From a virus: a DNA stretch of 64,000 bases. Positions 30,274 through 37,944 of this stretch are shown piece by piece. The number at the start of each line of letters is the position of its first letter. Position 1 is the first letter of the stretch. The stretch covers positions 8,896 through 72,895 of the IMG/VR virus record IMGVR_UViG_3300011445_000018; one strand, given 5' to 3'. The notes below the pieces were generated by a model. The model did no database searches, was not told the origin of the DNA, and saw only the letters and a program-made list of their open reading frames with translations. The translations under genes and the position numbers were made by a program.

Positions 30274-31022
30274 TATGACGGCTCCATTGTTACAATTACC
30301 ACACAATCATCAGCTTGTTTTTTACTTCCACTCAAAATACCAAAGCCATTTTCACCCCAATCTCTCCAACTATTTCTAATTATTAGGTCGTGACTTACCA
30401 AAACCAATCCCGCCCCTGTTACCTCGTGTCTCCACCAATCATAGCCATCCGCAGTAGGTAGGTCAGCTAGGATGCAACTACCTCGCTCCTCCCATTCCTC
30501 AATGACAAAGAATTCCCTAACAATATTTTTCTTCGCACTTAGCTTATTTGGTTCAGTGAAATAGGAACGTTGAATGGCGTTATCAGGCCAATCACTAGTT
30601 AGATTGATTCCGTCAACCTTTAACCTATTAAGAGCTTGGCTACCCCAACCACCACTGTTGGAGAAGTTCTTAATTGGTGCTCCACAGGACGCCGGACTAT
30701 AGCTTACTACTTGACCTGTTTCTACCAAACGAATTATTTCGCAACAATGCGTTGGAGCGTTCACCCAACAATAGTTTGTGCTCGCTTGATCCTTATGGGG
30801 GAGGCCCATTTCGTTACACAGATCAATTAAGGTGGCTTTATCTTTCTGCTTTTGGCGAATTATGTCATCCCAATCCTTTTCGGGAATGCGTGGGATACCT
30901 AGATCGCCAAAACGTTTACACAATCCCTTTTCCTGGGCATCGCGAAACATACCATAATATCCTCTCCTACCTTGGTCAAGGAAATTTTGGTAGTTATTGT
31001 CATTAATTACGGGCATTGCCAT
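30273..31022 (-). CDS. papain-like (C1) cysteine protease
   Basis: Catalytic set DQ....YCW, H in WWRHEV, and RNSW..WG..GFG. Confidence 0.85.
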   Translation of the reverse strand: MAMPVINDNNYQNFLDQGRRGYYGMFRDAQEKGLCKRFGDLGIPRIPEKDWDDIIRQKQKDKATLIDLCNEMGLPHKDQASTNYCWVNAPTHCCEIIRLVETGQVVSYSPASCGAPIKNFSNSGGWGSQALNRLKVDGINLTSDWPDNAIQRSYFTEPNKLSAKKNIVREFFVIEEWEERGSCILADLPTADGYDWWRHEVTGAGLVLVSHDLIIRNSWRDWGENGFGILSGSKKQADDCVVIVTMEPS

Positions 31023-31042
31023 ATGTATATCCTAACCATAAT

Positions 31043-31795
31043 TTATTGAGTTTTGAACTGCTCCAAAAGAGCTAATGTTTCTTCGATGCTCATTGGCAAA
31101 GGGCCGCTGAAACCTTTCCTTCCATCGCTGATAGCAATCCATGGTAAGGTTACAGCGGTTGGCCTTATTTTGAAATACGCATCGGTTAAAATAGTATTTG
31201 TATTGCGAAACATCTCTTTGGTATAGTCATCATCCCAAATGCGAAAAGCTGGTTGGCCATCTAGCTTACCGCAATTTAGATTACACCACTTCAGAATTTT
31301 GCTAGAGACGAAGATGTTTCTTTGTGGAAGTGGTAGCGTTCCGCTACCACCGGCCTCGCGAAGCATAAGGACGGTTAATACGTTTGTTGGGAAGGGGACA
31401 TCGGTAACGGGTGGATCAATTGGGGGCTTTGGCGGAGTAGGGCCTATTGGCCCTACTATTTTGAATGTTGCATCGACCTTGCGAATTGGACCATCGATAA
31501 CATCAAACGTCTGATCGTTGACTGTTATTTTTCTTAATGGAATAATGATACATTCAATTTTATATGTTCCAGCGTTCCCCCAAATAAATAATTTGTTTCC
31601 AACCGTTTCTGACTCAAGCGTACTTGGTACGCTCCACAGGTTGGTTCCGTTTGGACCATCTGTTAATGTTGCTACTATTTTCTTACCAACAGGCGTTTCA
31701 TTTGGAACTGATATTTCTTCAGAATGTATGTTACTCGTTAAAAATAACAAAAAAAGTACGATTTTAGCACAGTTTTTTGACAAACGTTTTATCAC
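31043..31795 (-). CDS. exported protein: signal peptide, Ig-like domain, Pro linker, thioredoxin-like C-terminus
   Basis: RBS AAGGAG before GTG; IVLFLLFLTS; PTPPKPPIDPP; LPW...GPLP. Confidence 0.55.
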   Translation of the reverse strand: MIKRLSKNCAKIVLFLLFLTSNIHSEEISVPNETPVGKKIVATLTDGPNGTNLWSVPSTLESETVGNKLFIWGNAGTYKIECIIIPLRKITVNDQTFDVIDGPIRKVDATFKIVGPIGPTPPKPPIDPPVTDVPFPTNVLTVLMLREAGGSGTLPLPQRNIFVSSKILKWCNLNCGKLDGQPAFRIWDDDYTKEMFRNTNTILTDAYFKIRPTAVTLPWIAISDGRKGFSGPLPMSIEETLALLEQFKTQ

Positions 31796-31891
31796 TTTTT
31801 CTCCTTTGTTAATAAGAGGGTCCATACTAGTATACGCAGTTTTCATTGAAAAATTAACTAAAAAATTTTTGTCAAAAAAGTGTGCTAAAAT
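31761..31891. repeat. inverted pair of 24-bp TTTGTCAAAAAAGTGTGCTAAAAT sites
   Basis: Copies at 31761-31784 (reverse, 1 mismatch) and 31868-31891. Confidence 0.85.
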
Positions 31892-32113
31892 CTGAAAAAT
31901 TTTAAAATTTTTCAGTTAGAAATATGTTTCATGACATCTTGCTAAATTTATCATAGACCAGGAACGCTCGTACGCTCGGACCATGAATTATGATACGTGA
32001 ACGCTCGGGCCATAAAATTTCCATATTTCTCGCACAGAATAGGGGGTCCAGCGTTCAGTGAACAGATGTCACTTGGTCGACGGTTGTACACCCCTCCCCT
32101 GGGTAGTGGTGAT

Positions 32114-32433
32114 TAGTTACTAGGCAGCAACTGCCTAGTAACTAGGCACAGGCAACCGATGCTAATTTAACAGGCAGCCTAGTAACTAGGCAACGATTGC
32201 CTATGCTACCACACTAGACAAACCATGCTACATTAACAGGCATGGCATGCAGTGCCCCACGATGGGCCGTGTTGCGTGATACGCTGAACCATGTGCATTG
32301 GACGTGATACGTGGTAACACGCAACACGGGTCACGCTAGGTACTCTACAACCTATTTCGCCCGTGTTGCATGATCGATGGTCAAGCCATACTGGCATACG
32401 TCGCAATCGATCATGCAACACGGGTCACGCTAG
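32114..32433. repeat. palindrome and repeat cluster
   Basis: TAGTTACTAGGCAG-caa-CTGCCTAGTAACTA at 32114-32144; 19-bp inverted repeat 32360-32378/32406-32424; 19-bp direct repeat at 32321 and 32415. Confidence 0.9.
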
Positions 32434-32451
32434 AAGCCTTCCTGAGGCAAC

Positions 32452-32514
32452 ATGAACGATGAACGATGAACGATGAACGATGAACGATGAACGATGAACG
32501 ATGAACGATGAACG
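32452..32514 (+). repeat. (ATGAACG)9 tandem repeat
   Basis: Nine perfect heptamers plus a degenerate tenth. Confidence 0.98.
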
Positions 32515-32704
32515 ATCAACCTGATCAATTATAGTACAGCACTTAAATCTATACGCTGTAACATGTTACATCGACTATGAAACCAAAGCGATCAAGGTGG
32601 TCAAATGTAGTACAAGGGGTATTTATACCCCCTAAACCCACTATATGTGACGTAAACCAAAACGGACTCAGTGTTTGCGACAGGGGTAAAAATAAAATCG
32701 CAAA

Positions 32705-32720
32705 CGGCATGCCTCTTGCT
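32705..32720 (+). promoter_or_regulatory. sigma54-type (-24/-12) promoter
   Basis: CGGCATG-CCTC-TTGCT has exact GG-N10-GC spacing; structured RNA begins near the predicted +1 (~32731). Confidence 0.55.
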
Positions 32721-32734
32721 ACTACTACCATTTC

Positions 32735-32838
32735 GGCTGACTGACCCGACCTTGACTCAGTCGCGTGACGCCCATAGCGTGCACGCGGGGACCGAAAACA
32801 TTTTGTTTTTGGTCGTCAGGATTCACGGGTCGGCGGTC
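32735..32838 (+). ncRNA. structured leader RNA (multi-helix junction)
   Basis: Helices CTGACCCG/CGGGTCGG, CCTTGAC/GTCAGG, CGCGTG/CACGCG and GACCGAAAACA/TGTTTTTGGTC. Confidence 0.55.
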
Positions 32839-33152
32839 AATAAGACATAGAAAGGGACAAACGAACATGCGGGGCTGAGCCAGCCTTAGGCCGATGACAA
32901 AGTGAATCACTAATAACGACCCATGGTAACATGGGGCGGGCGGTTTCAATCCGCAAACTTTCAATCGCTATACGGCTATGCATCATGCGATGCTAAGTGG
33001 AATCGTAAGATAGTCAATCGATTCGTTAGCGGGCGAATTATAGAAACGTTGGGAACACGGTTTGCCACAAGCAATTGTCGTGAAGTGCAAACTATCTATC
33101 AACGTCTGAACGATAGGTTAGTGTGGACCTAGTTGCCCCATAAGGGGACACT

Positions 33153-33470
33153 ATGAACACACAGACCATTATCCAACTTAACAAACTACCTTCGTTGCAA
33201 TCTCTTGACAAGCCAGCACTGGCCATGACAGGGGAGCAAACACGGCAACGGAGTTACCTGGAATCAGTCGCGGATTTGGATGCTACAATTAACAGCATCG
33301 AACGTCGCGTCAAAAGCGAAAAGGTAGCATACGAAAAGGCTACCAATCAACCTTGGAAAACGAGCGATGGCAAATCGCATTTCACGTGCGAACAAGCCAT
33401 CGACCATGCTTACGCGAACAAGTGCAAGTGGGTAAAGTGCACCGGAATCGGTATGATTTGGCACAGTTAA
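33153..33470 (+). CDS. hypothetical early protein
   Basis: RBS AAGGGG; enclosed by a 28-bp stem. Confidence 0.75.
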   Translation: MNTQTIIQLNKLPSLQSLDKPALAMTGEQTRQRSYLESVADLDATINSIERRVKSEKVAYEKATNQPWKTSDGKSHFTCEQAIDHAYANKCKWVKCTGIGMIWHS

Positions 33471-33507
33471 CACTTTTCGGGGCAACTAGGCCCATACTAA
33501 CCTATCA

Positions 33508-33563
33508 GGGGATGGTTGCTTTGGCTGTTTTAGCCTGTTAAAATGTCCAAGGGAGCCATCCCC
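33508..33563 (+). ncRNA. hairpin carrying the antisense of the repeated motif
   Basis: GGGGATGGTTGCTTTGG pairs with CCAAGGGAGCCATCCCC. Confidence 0.6.
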
Positions 33564-33580
33564 ACAAACAAGGAAACCAC

Positions 33581-33787
33581 ATGAACGGTAAATGGTATAA
33601 AGGTAACAATGCATACTACTTTGTGGACAATGAAAATTATGCCTATCGTGTTTGGGAAAATGGTAACGTTATGGGAATGTCCGAATACGACGCCACTAAT
33701 CTAATACGCGGATTGTGCACTGAGATACCTTGTCCGGCATTCGGTGCAAGTGCTTTGAAAGATTTACAACGTCTATTGGAGCAATGA
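33581..33787 (+). CDS. hypothetical protein
   Basis: RBS AAGGA. Confidence 0.75.
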   Translation: MNGKWYKGNNAYYFVDNENYAYRVWENGNVMGMSEYDATNLIRGLCTEIPCPAFGASALKDLQRLLEQ

Positions 33788-33837
33788 TGACAATCGCAAT
33801 CCTCCTCGTGCTTCTAGTCTTGTTACTTCTAGTCTGA
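33787..33837 (+). CDS. 16-aa hydrophobic micropeptide MTIAILLVLLVLLLLV
   Basis: TGATG overlap with the upstream stop; GGAG upstream. Confidence 0.5.
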   Translation: MTIAILLVLLVLLLLV

Positions 33838-33874
33838 TTTTCGGGGCTTTTGATAAAGCCCCATAGCAACCATC

Positions 33875-34086
33875 CCTAATACACGAGTATTGGCTTTGAG
33901 TAACAATCGGGGCTTGCCACGATTTGTTAACTCTAGCTGATTCAAAGCACACGAACTAATCCAATTAGGTCAATTGATATTGTTAACAACCCTTGCGGCT
34001 TAAAGTGCTATTGAATGGTACGGAAGGACGCAACGTTGCCAACGCGATATGGCTTAGCGTAACGAAGCCAATACTCGTTTGTTAGG
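33875..34086 (+). ncRNA. structured ncRNA cassette A
   Basis: 23-bp closing stem, internal helices, no ORF, motif on both sides. Confidence 0.65.
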
Positions 34087-34118
34087 ATCAACCATCCCCA
34101 ATTACAGGAGCTATTACA

Positions 34119-34418
34119 ATGCTCAAGTTTGTTGACATCGGTCGCAAAGGCTATTTGGTAATTGCCGAAATTAGCCCAGATGACAAGTTATGTCGATCCA
34201 TTGGCTTTCTGGACTTAACATCGCCGATCAGACCAATGGCGACCGTTGCCGCCGACTATGTCATGGACACAGTCAATTTGTTAAATGAACGAATTGCCAG
34301 ATTGCCGCCGTTCATACAACAAGCCATTGTGCCAATCGTTCGCCCGATCACCGATCCACAATTCGTGCAAGAATGGCACTACATCGAAACCAGCGAGCCA
34401 TTGTCCTTGTTAAATTGA
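34119..34418 (+). CDS. hypothetical protein
   Basis: Motif followed by RBS AGGAG. Confidence 0.75.
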   Translation: MLKFVDIGRKGYLVIAEISPDDKLCRSIGFLDLTSPIRPMATVAADYVMDTVNLLNERIARLPPFIQQAIVPIVRPITDPQFVQEWHYIETSEPLSLLN

Positions 34419-34485
34419 ACAAATGCCCGGTCAGCCAGGGGCAATACTGGTTGAAAGCAACCATCCCTAACAGAAAGGACAAATA

Positions 34486-34743
34486 ATGAAAGAGTACGTT
34501 GTGCGTGTTGTTATTCCCGATATTGACAATGACATATTGGGATTGGCAAAACCAATCGATGGAGCATTTCTTGAATGTCTACGCTATGCTGGTATTGTTA
34601 AAATTCACACTTCTGATACTGGCCAAGTATTTGATATTCGTTGCCCAGACGTTGTTAAAATGTCCAAAAATTGGGCAAATGCCAATGCCGACCGCATGAA
34701 AAGCTTTGGCTACAATGCCGTCGCCGCACCAGCCTATGAATGA
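34486..34743 (+). CDS. hypothetical protein
   Basis: Motif followed by TAACAGAAAGGA RBS. Confidence 0.8.
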   Translation: MKEYVVRVVIPDIDNDILGLAKPIDGAFLECLRYAGIVKIHTSDTGQVFDIRCPDVVKMSKNWANANADRMKSFGYNAVAAPAYE

Positions 34744-34810
34744 TTCCCTCCCCGGTATTGTGGGAATTAACAATGCCGGAAGCAACCATCCCTAACAGAA
34801 AGGACGAACA

Positions 34811-35035
34811 GTGGACAAAAGTATTCTTGAAGGTAAGTTGTCCGAAATTCGCAGAATTCGTACAGACAGCAAACAAATGTGGCATCTGTTCGCACGATAC
34901 AAGGATTTGGCCAATTTCACATGTACACGCGAGCCACTTGAAGTTTTCGCGGAAGCTAAAATTAACAAATTGGCCGCCGAATTAACTACTTCGGATTTGT
35001 GTACACTTGTTGAACTACTGACACGTGCAAAGTAA
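34811..35035 (+). CDS. hypothetical protein
   Basis: Motif followed by TAACAGAAAGGA RBS; GTG start. Confidence 0.75.
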   Translation: MDKSILEGKLSEIRRIRTDSKQMWHLFARYKDLANFTCTREPLEVFAEAKINKLAAELTTSDLCTLVELLTRAK

Positions 35036-35103
35036 ATGACCCTTTAACTGGTTGTTAGGATTAACAACCAGAAAGCAACCATCCCTAACAGAAAGGTCAA
35101 ACA

Positions 35104-35307
35104 ATGGTAGTATACTACAAAATAGAATACACCATAACTAATGGTGATTCCGACAAGGAACATCTCTGTCGTAAAATCGTGGGGATACAAACAAGAAAGC
35201 AACATGAATTATTCAAACTAATTCATGAAATGCTTGAAGAAGAACACGATTGTTTTGAAAAAATCACCAATGTTTACATGGAACCGATTACAATTCATTT
35301 GTTATAA
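35104..35307 (+). CDS. hypothetical protein
   Basis: Motif followed by TAACAGAAAGGT RBS. Confidence 0.75.
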   Translation: MVVYYKIEYTITNGDSDKEHLCRKIVGIQTRKQHELFKLIHEMLEEEHDCFEKITNVYMEPITIHLL

Positions 35308-35400
35308 CCTTTAACTGGTTGTTAGGATTAACAACCAGAAAGCAACCATCCCCAAAGCAAGCCCATCGTAATGCCTCCTTGTTAAAAGGGAGAATTTACC

Positions 35401-36816
35401 ATGAGTTCAGTTGACGAATCTGGAAGCGTGCAACGTCTGAATGTCGAAACAAAGCATGTGGTTTTTCACCCGGACTTCCTAGTCCCCGCGATCAATCCAC
35501 GTGATTTGTCCGACTTGCAAGGCGAAACACTGTACCCCGCGATCGAAGCAACAGGGGGTAAGATCACGACGGCCTTGGTGGTCTGGAAACCGGTCAATGA
35601 TCAAGGGGAATTCGACCCCGATCATCCGATCTGGACCAGTGGGAACATTCACGATACCTTGACAGGTAAAGTGTTAGTTATACCACACGGCGAGCGACAC
35701 AAGTATCGCATACTCGTCCAAGGGCACCGTCGGCATTGGTGTGCAAGAAAAGCACTGTCACAACCTGATGTTTGCCCGGCTGAGATGATAAAGAATCTCA
35801 CCAAATTGCCGTGCAATGAAATCACTTGTACTCAGGAAGTGGCCGAGCGTCTTGCTCTGGATTTCGAGACATCGGAACCAATGCACAATTGGAATGTCAT
35901 CAAGCTGATTTTCGGCTTCATGATGAAGGACATCAAGTACACCGAGATCGCTTTGTTGATGCCGCGAATGCTGTTCCGTGCTTTGCTCAACGACGGTGAA
36001 GCTAAATATAACAAGCTTCTCCGCGAGGCAAAGTCCGGTCGCGATCGCGTTGCTGCCATCAAATCGGCTCTCAAGAACCGGCTTGACCAGCATACCTACT
36101 CCTGTTACCTCTTTGGCCCAGCAATGCAGAAGCAATTGCTTTTGTATTGGCGATACGTGAAAAACGAATTGCAGGACATCGGAGATCGCTATCTGCTCGT
36201 CATGGACATGAAGTACGAATTGGTGCAAAAGCTGCGAACTTTGTACAACGAAGAAGTGAAAGTTCACGGTTGGGCACCAATTACACGAGTGGAAATCGTT
36301 GATGCCAAACCCAACGATTCGCAGAATGTTTCGTACGCTCAGACGCCGGGCAATACCAGTGTCCAAGGACGCTGGTTTGTCATCGAGGGCGGATCAGAGA
36401 ATTTTCGGCAAGCTATGCTGAAAAATATGCTGGTCTATGCCAAGCCAGAAGCGGCAGAGGAAGAGAAAAAGCCACCTACTCAACAAGAGCGGAAGGCAAT
36501 TATCAATTCCACTGCCAGTGGCATCGGCAAAGCCTTCTCCAAGTTCTATGATGAAAGTTTCACGGAAGAAACATCAGGCAAATACTTGGATGCTCCACGC
36601 CTACGCGTCCAATGGGAAGAATGGGCGTTGTTTTCTGAATCGACTCAGAAAGCAATGCTCGATTTCGCCGACCAATGCGATCCATTGGTTAAGGAATTGT
36701 TGGTTGCTGCCACAAGCCAAGCGGCTCCGGGGGCAGCGGCAGAACGTGTCAAGACCGCGATTGCCACGTTGAACGAAGCGTTAAAGCCAGTTACAGTTGT
36801 GTCGAAGAAGAAGTAA
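35401..36816 (+). CDS. divergent ParB/Srx-domain protein
   Basis: NPR...L...I...G.I...LVV and Y.ILVQGHRR ParB-like motifs; RBS GGGAG. Confidence 0.6.
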   Translation: MSSVDESGSVQRLNVETKHVVFHPDFLVPAINPRDLSDLQGETLYPAIEATGGKITTALVVWKPVNDQGEFDPDHPIWTSGNIHDTLTGKVLVIPHGERHKYRILVQGHRRHWCARKALSQPDVCPAEMIKNLTKLPCNEITCTQEVAERLALDFETSEPMHNWNVIKLIFGFMMKDIKYTEIALLMPRMLFRALLNDGEAKYNKLLREAKSGRDRVAAIKSALKNRLDQHTYSCYLFGPAMQKQLLLYWRYVKNELQDIGDRYLLVMDMKYELVQKLRTLYNEEVKVHGWAPITRVEIVDAKPNDSQNVSYAQTPGNTSVQGRWFVIEGGSENFRQAMLKNMLVYAKPEAAEEEKKPPTQQERKAIINSTASGIGKAFSKFYDESFTEETSGKYLDAPRLRVQWEEWALFSESTQKAMLDFADQCDPLVKELLVAATSQAAPGAAAERVKTAIATLNEALKPVTVVSKKK

Positions 36817-36905
36817 CATTCGGCATTGTGTCGGGTGTTTGTTTAACAAACGTCTTTCGCAAGGGGGCGTTACAATGGGCTTGCTAACTCTAACAAGGAA
36901 AACGT

Positions 36906-37121
36906 ATGTCACCACGTTACTATCGTTTATGTGTCAAACGAAATGGCTACTGGCATGAAGTGGCACGAATCGGTAAATCATTAGCCGTTTCAAGAGACAA
37001 TGCCATATTGTTACTTGGCAGTTGGAACGAATTAGACGCAATTTTCGGCATGGGGAATTGGTCTGTTACTACTGACCTTTCCCTCGACTTTGTTACTTGT
37101 GTAACATCTGACATCAATTAA
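36906..37121 (+). CDS. hypothetical protein
   Basis: RBS AAGGA. Confidence 0.7.
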   Translation: MSPRYYRLCVKRNGYWHEVARIGKSLAVSRDNAILLLGSWNELDAIFGMGNWSVTTDLSLDFVTCVTSDIN

Positions 37122-37139
37122 CAAAAAGCAACCATCCAC

Positions 37140-37236
37140 TAAACATTATAGAGTTGAGTTGCCAGTGCTTATATATAAAATGCGATTCGCGTTTATCGCA
37201 TATTAAGTTACTGGCAACTCTACTGTGTGATGTTTG
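37140..37236 (+). ncRNA. long hairpin ncRNA cassette B
   Basis: GAGTTGCCAGT/ACTGGCAACTC, AAACATTATA/TGTGATGTTT and TGCGAT/ATCGCA; lies between two motif copies. Confidence 0.65.
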
Positions 37237-37250
37237 AAAGCAACCATCCT

Positions 37251-37405
37251 AAATGTCACAAAGCTGGGCTGTCAGCTAATGCTGGCCGCACTGCATGATA
37301 ATGTGTAGCAAGGCATTCTGATGCCATTCAGATTGCTATGTGGTTTCGACAGCCATAACAGTGTCGCATGTCTAAAGGCCCTGACAGCCTAGCTTTGTTA
37401 CATTT
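37251..37405 (+). ncRNA. structured ncRNA cassette C
   Basis: 25-bp closing stem AAATGTCACAAAGCTGGGCTGTCAG/CTGACAGCCTAGCTTTGTTACATTT with inner hairpins. Confidence 0.65.
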
Positions 37406-37433
37406 AACCATCCCCAAAAACAAGGAAACAGTC

Positions 37434-37613
37434 ATGCAAGTCGAAGGCACAATTCGATACAAAGACACGTATCGAGATCTTATCAAAGCCTTAATGGGAC
37501 ATGAAGATGTTCTGGATAGGCCCATCATCGTGCAAATTGAATTGCCAGGAGGCATAAATTTCATTCTAGATGATGAAGATAACAAAGAGCGTAGAATATT
37601 AACGTTTGAATAA
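37434..37613 (+). CDS. hypothetical protein (start MQVEG)
   Basis: Motif followed by RBS AAGGA. Confidence 0.7.
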   Translation: MQVEGTIRYKDTYRDLIKALMGHEDVLDRPIIVQIELPGGINFILDDEDNKERRILTFE

Positions 37614-37692
37614 TTTCGCTGGACCTTTGTTAAAAGGTCCAGAAGCAACCATCCCTAAATATGTGGTACTGGGCCATTAGAAAGAATTAACA

Positions 37693-37944
37693 ATGTTTCA
37701 CTTCGACATTACATGTGAAGATGTTCGCCTAATCGCGAACGAAGTAAGCCCAACAAGTGTAAGAGTGACGTTGTACGACAATCTCAGTGGCAAAAGTCAC
37801 TTGCTACAGTCTGTTAGTTTCTGTGATTTTGAAAAAATGGTCAGTGGTATGATTTGTTGCCACGGTGACGTACCAGCGGAAAGTTACCCAGCTTTAGAAG
37901 AAATTCTGAAAGGTTGCCCGAACGAGTGTCGGCCCATTCCTTAG
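37693..37944 (+). CDS. hypothetical protein
   Basis: Enclosed by a 25-bp stem. Confidence 0.7.
   Translation: MFHFDITCEDVRLIANEVSPTSVRVTLYDNLSGKSHLLQSVSFCDFEKMVSGMICCHGDVPAESYPALEEILKGCPNECRPIP

Noticed and set aside
32869-32954. Hammerhead ribozyme
   Set aside because: The CUGAUGA and GAAA core elements are not present in the required arrangement.
32233-33132. ORFs of 60-79 aa in the control region, and ORFs 39195..39492
   Set aside because: No RBS, atypical composition, and they overlap repeats or structured RNA.
34432-37642. Short post-gene hairpins as intrinsic terminators
   Set aside because: They lack U-tracts and are followed by the A/C-rich motif instead.
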